A stretch of 63,867 nt of DNA, filler included, from Lama guanicoe (Eukaryota), in NCBI GenBank assembly GCA_013239625.1. It is 204 parts of 204 records of this genome, joined end to end, with 100 filler letters (N's around TTAATTAATTAA, not from the genome) between each part and the next. Parts side by side here need not be neighbours in the genome. Positions count along the whole stretch, not along the records: positions 62,084 to 62,297 come from PNXV01037659.1; positions 62,398 to 62,611 come from PNXV01037660.1; positions 62,712 to 62,925 come from PNXV01037661.1; positions 63,026 to 63,239 come from PNXV01037662.1; positions 63,340 to 63,553 come from PNXV01037663.1; positions 63,654 to 63,867 come from PNXV01037664.1; 198 more parts are not named here. One strand, written 5' to 3'. Positions within the stretch are counted from its first letter, which is position 1, and the number at the start of each line of letters is the position of its first letter. Made by a program: the position numbers and the translations under genes. Shown here in pieces: positions 62,084 through 63,867 of this stretch. The notes under the pieces were generated by a model. It searched no databases. It was given only the letters and a program-made list of their open reading frames with translations, and was not told the origin of the DNA.

Positions 62084-62297
62084 CCTGCCTGGCGAGAGCC
62101 AGCACCACACCCCGGGACCGTCTGCGAGCACCCGCACCTGAATGCGAGGCGCTCCAGTGCGCGTGCGCGGAAAGGCCCTTCCAGCACTTGATCCCGAGAC
62201 CCCAACGGCTGGCGGCGCACGGCCTCACCTGGGCGGCCGGGTGGAGCCCGTCTTGCGCAGCTGTGTAGGCGGAAGCGGTGCTGGGCTCTCCTCGCTC
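62084..62297 (-). promoter_or_regulatory. CpG-rich promoter / first-exon fragment of an unidentified gene
   Basis: NRF1-like TGCGCGTGCGCG at 62158-62169, ETS-like CGGAA(G) motifs, and a minus-strand donor CCCAG|GTGAGG at 62229/62228. Confidence 0.5.
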
Positions 62298-63867
62298 NNN
62301 NNNNNNNNNNNNNNNNNNNNNNNNNNNNNNNNNNNNNNNNNTTAATTAATTAANNNNNNNNNNNNNNNNNNNNNNNNNNNNNNNNNNNNNNNNNNNNTGG
62401 CTGGCATACTTCAGGGGGGCTGTTCTCTCTTCCTGGGTGTTCCAGGGCCCCCTCACAGAGCTGCCTCCCCACTGGCACATGGTAGCTGTCAGCTGATGAG
62501 ACCTGGAGCTCCCTAGGGAGCCCAGCATCTTCTGTAGTCAAGAAGTTGCATGAGAGAGTCCATGGGTGCAGGGCATTCGCAGCTCCTGCCCTAGAGACCT
62601 GCCCAAAGCCANNNNNNNNNNNNNNNNNNNNNNNNNNNNNNNNNNNNNNNNNNNNTTAATTAATTAANNNNNNNNNNNNNNNNNNNNNNNNNNNNNNNNN
62701 NNNNNNNNNNNCAGGCTTCTGGTTGCTTCTGGTGGGAGTGCAGGTCCATTTCCAGTTAACTGATCATGGGGAACACGCCCAGGAAGAAACTTTGCATATG
62801 AAACAGATTTTGCTCAACCCAGTGGGGGCTCCTTCCTCCAAATGAGCCCTTTTTGAACACATCCAGAATCCTCGGGAAAAAATTTTCTGAAAACTTTCAC
62901 ATATTCTCTGGCAGCTTTAATATAANNNNNNNNNNNNNNNNNNNNNNNNNNNNNNNNNNNNNNNNNNNNTTAATTAATTAANNNNNNNNNNNNNNNNNNN
63001 NNNNNNNNNNNNNNNNNNNNNNNNNGTGGAGTGTAGAGGAACAGAATATGGCAATCTTGGAGATTAATCATAGATATTGAGCACTAAAAAAAGTTTTGAA
63101 GGAGTAAATAATTTTGCAATGCCTCTATGTATTCTACCAAATGCAAGACTTTTTACTAAGAGCAAACAAAAAAACAAAAACAAAAAAAAACACCCAGAAA
63201 AAACAAACGTGCAATGCAAGTAGACTCCCGGTACAATTCNNNNNNNNNNNNNNNNNNNNNNNNNNNNNNNNNNNNNNNNNNNNTTAATTAATTAANNNNN
63301 NNNNNNNNNNNNNNNNNNNNNNNNNNNNNNNNNNNNNNNGTGTTGCCTGCTTGTCAACAGAGACACACCCAGGCAGACTCAACCTCAGAGAGCACACTTC
63401 CATTTCCCTTCCCAGCTCTCTCCTGAGACAGGAAGAAACTTCAGCTGAAGGGCCCGAGGAGTGCACTGCGTGTCTGAGAGCTACTGTGAGACTGTGGTCT
63501 GGTCTGCCTTTCTCACTCGAAACTCTTAGCCAAAACCAGTGGAGTGGTGTGGTNNNNNNNNNNNNNNNNNNNNNNNNNNNNNNNNNNNNNNNNNNNNTTA
63601 ATTAATTAANNNNNNNNNNNNNNNNNNNNNNNNNNNNNNNNNNNNNNNNNNNNGTACTTCAATTAATTAATAAATAAGTATATAAAAAGTATTCAACATA
63701 GTACGGGGCTGTGTTAAGTTCACCACACATTGTAGCAGCTGCAATTATATTGTTAGTTCTTGTTTTCATTCTGAATCACCCCTCCCGTTGCACTGCCTCA
63801 CTTCACCCCTTCTGCTTTGCATACTTTTAAAATTAGTTTGCATAAAACACATTTTAATTACCCTGCC

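Noticed and set aside
1277..63605. Most ORFs in the supplied track, including the shared C-terminal ...LIN and ...N endings
   Set aside because: They pass the length cut-off only by reading through Ns into the linker; LIN is the translation of the linker itself.
214..63653. CRISPR-like array (constant palindromic repeat with equal-length unique spacers)
   Set aside because: The repeat is a 12-nt six-frame-stop linker embedded in Ns, the spacers are 213-214 bp mammalian contigs, and there are no cas genes.

Overview
This window is not contiguous genomic DNA. It is an artificial concatenation of about 204 unrelated 213-214 bp contigs. The first 81 are all 213 bp and the later ones are mostly 214 bp, so they are length-sorted. 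They are joined by an invariant 100-nt linker, N44-TTAATTAATTAA-N44, which puts a stop in all six frames. The contigs are mammalian; tRNA-derived SINEs resembling Vic-1 and the L1 3' ends point to a camelid (alpaca, llama or camel). Four near-identical contig pairs have exactly 49 identical bases on each flank, the signature of unpopped de Bruijn bubbles. Most contigs are unique non-coding DNA or L1, LTR and DNA-transposon fragments. Recognisable pieces are: first coding exons of RHEB, HMGN1 and INPP5F; a complete SPG11 exon; a TRIM16 B-box exon; a ZNF623-like degenerate zinc-finger segment; a B30.2/SPRY fragment; a COX1 NUMT; a MULE (Ricksha-like) transposase relic; and a stop-free capsid fragment of a JSRV/ENTV-like betaretrovirus. 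No multi-gene system can be inferred because adjacency between contigs has no biological meaning. All gene and repeat names come from recalled sequences, not database searches.
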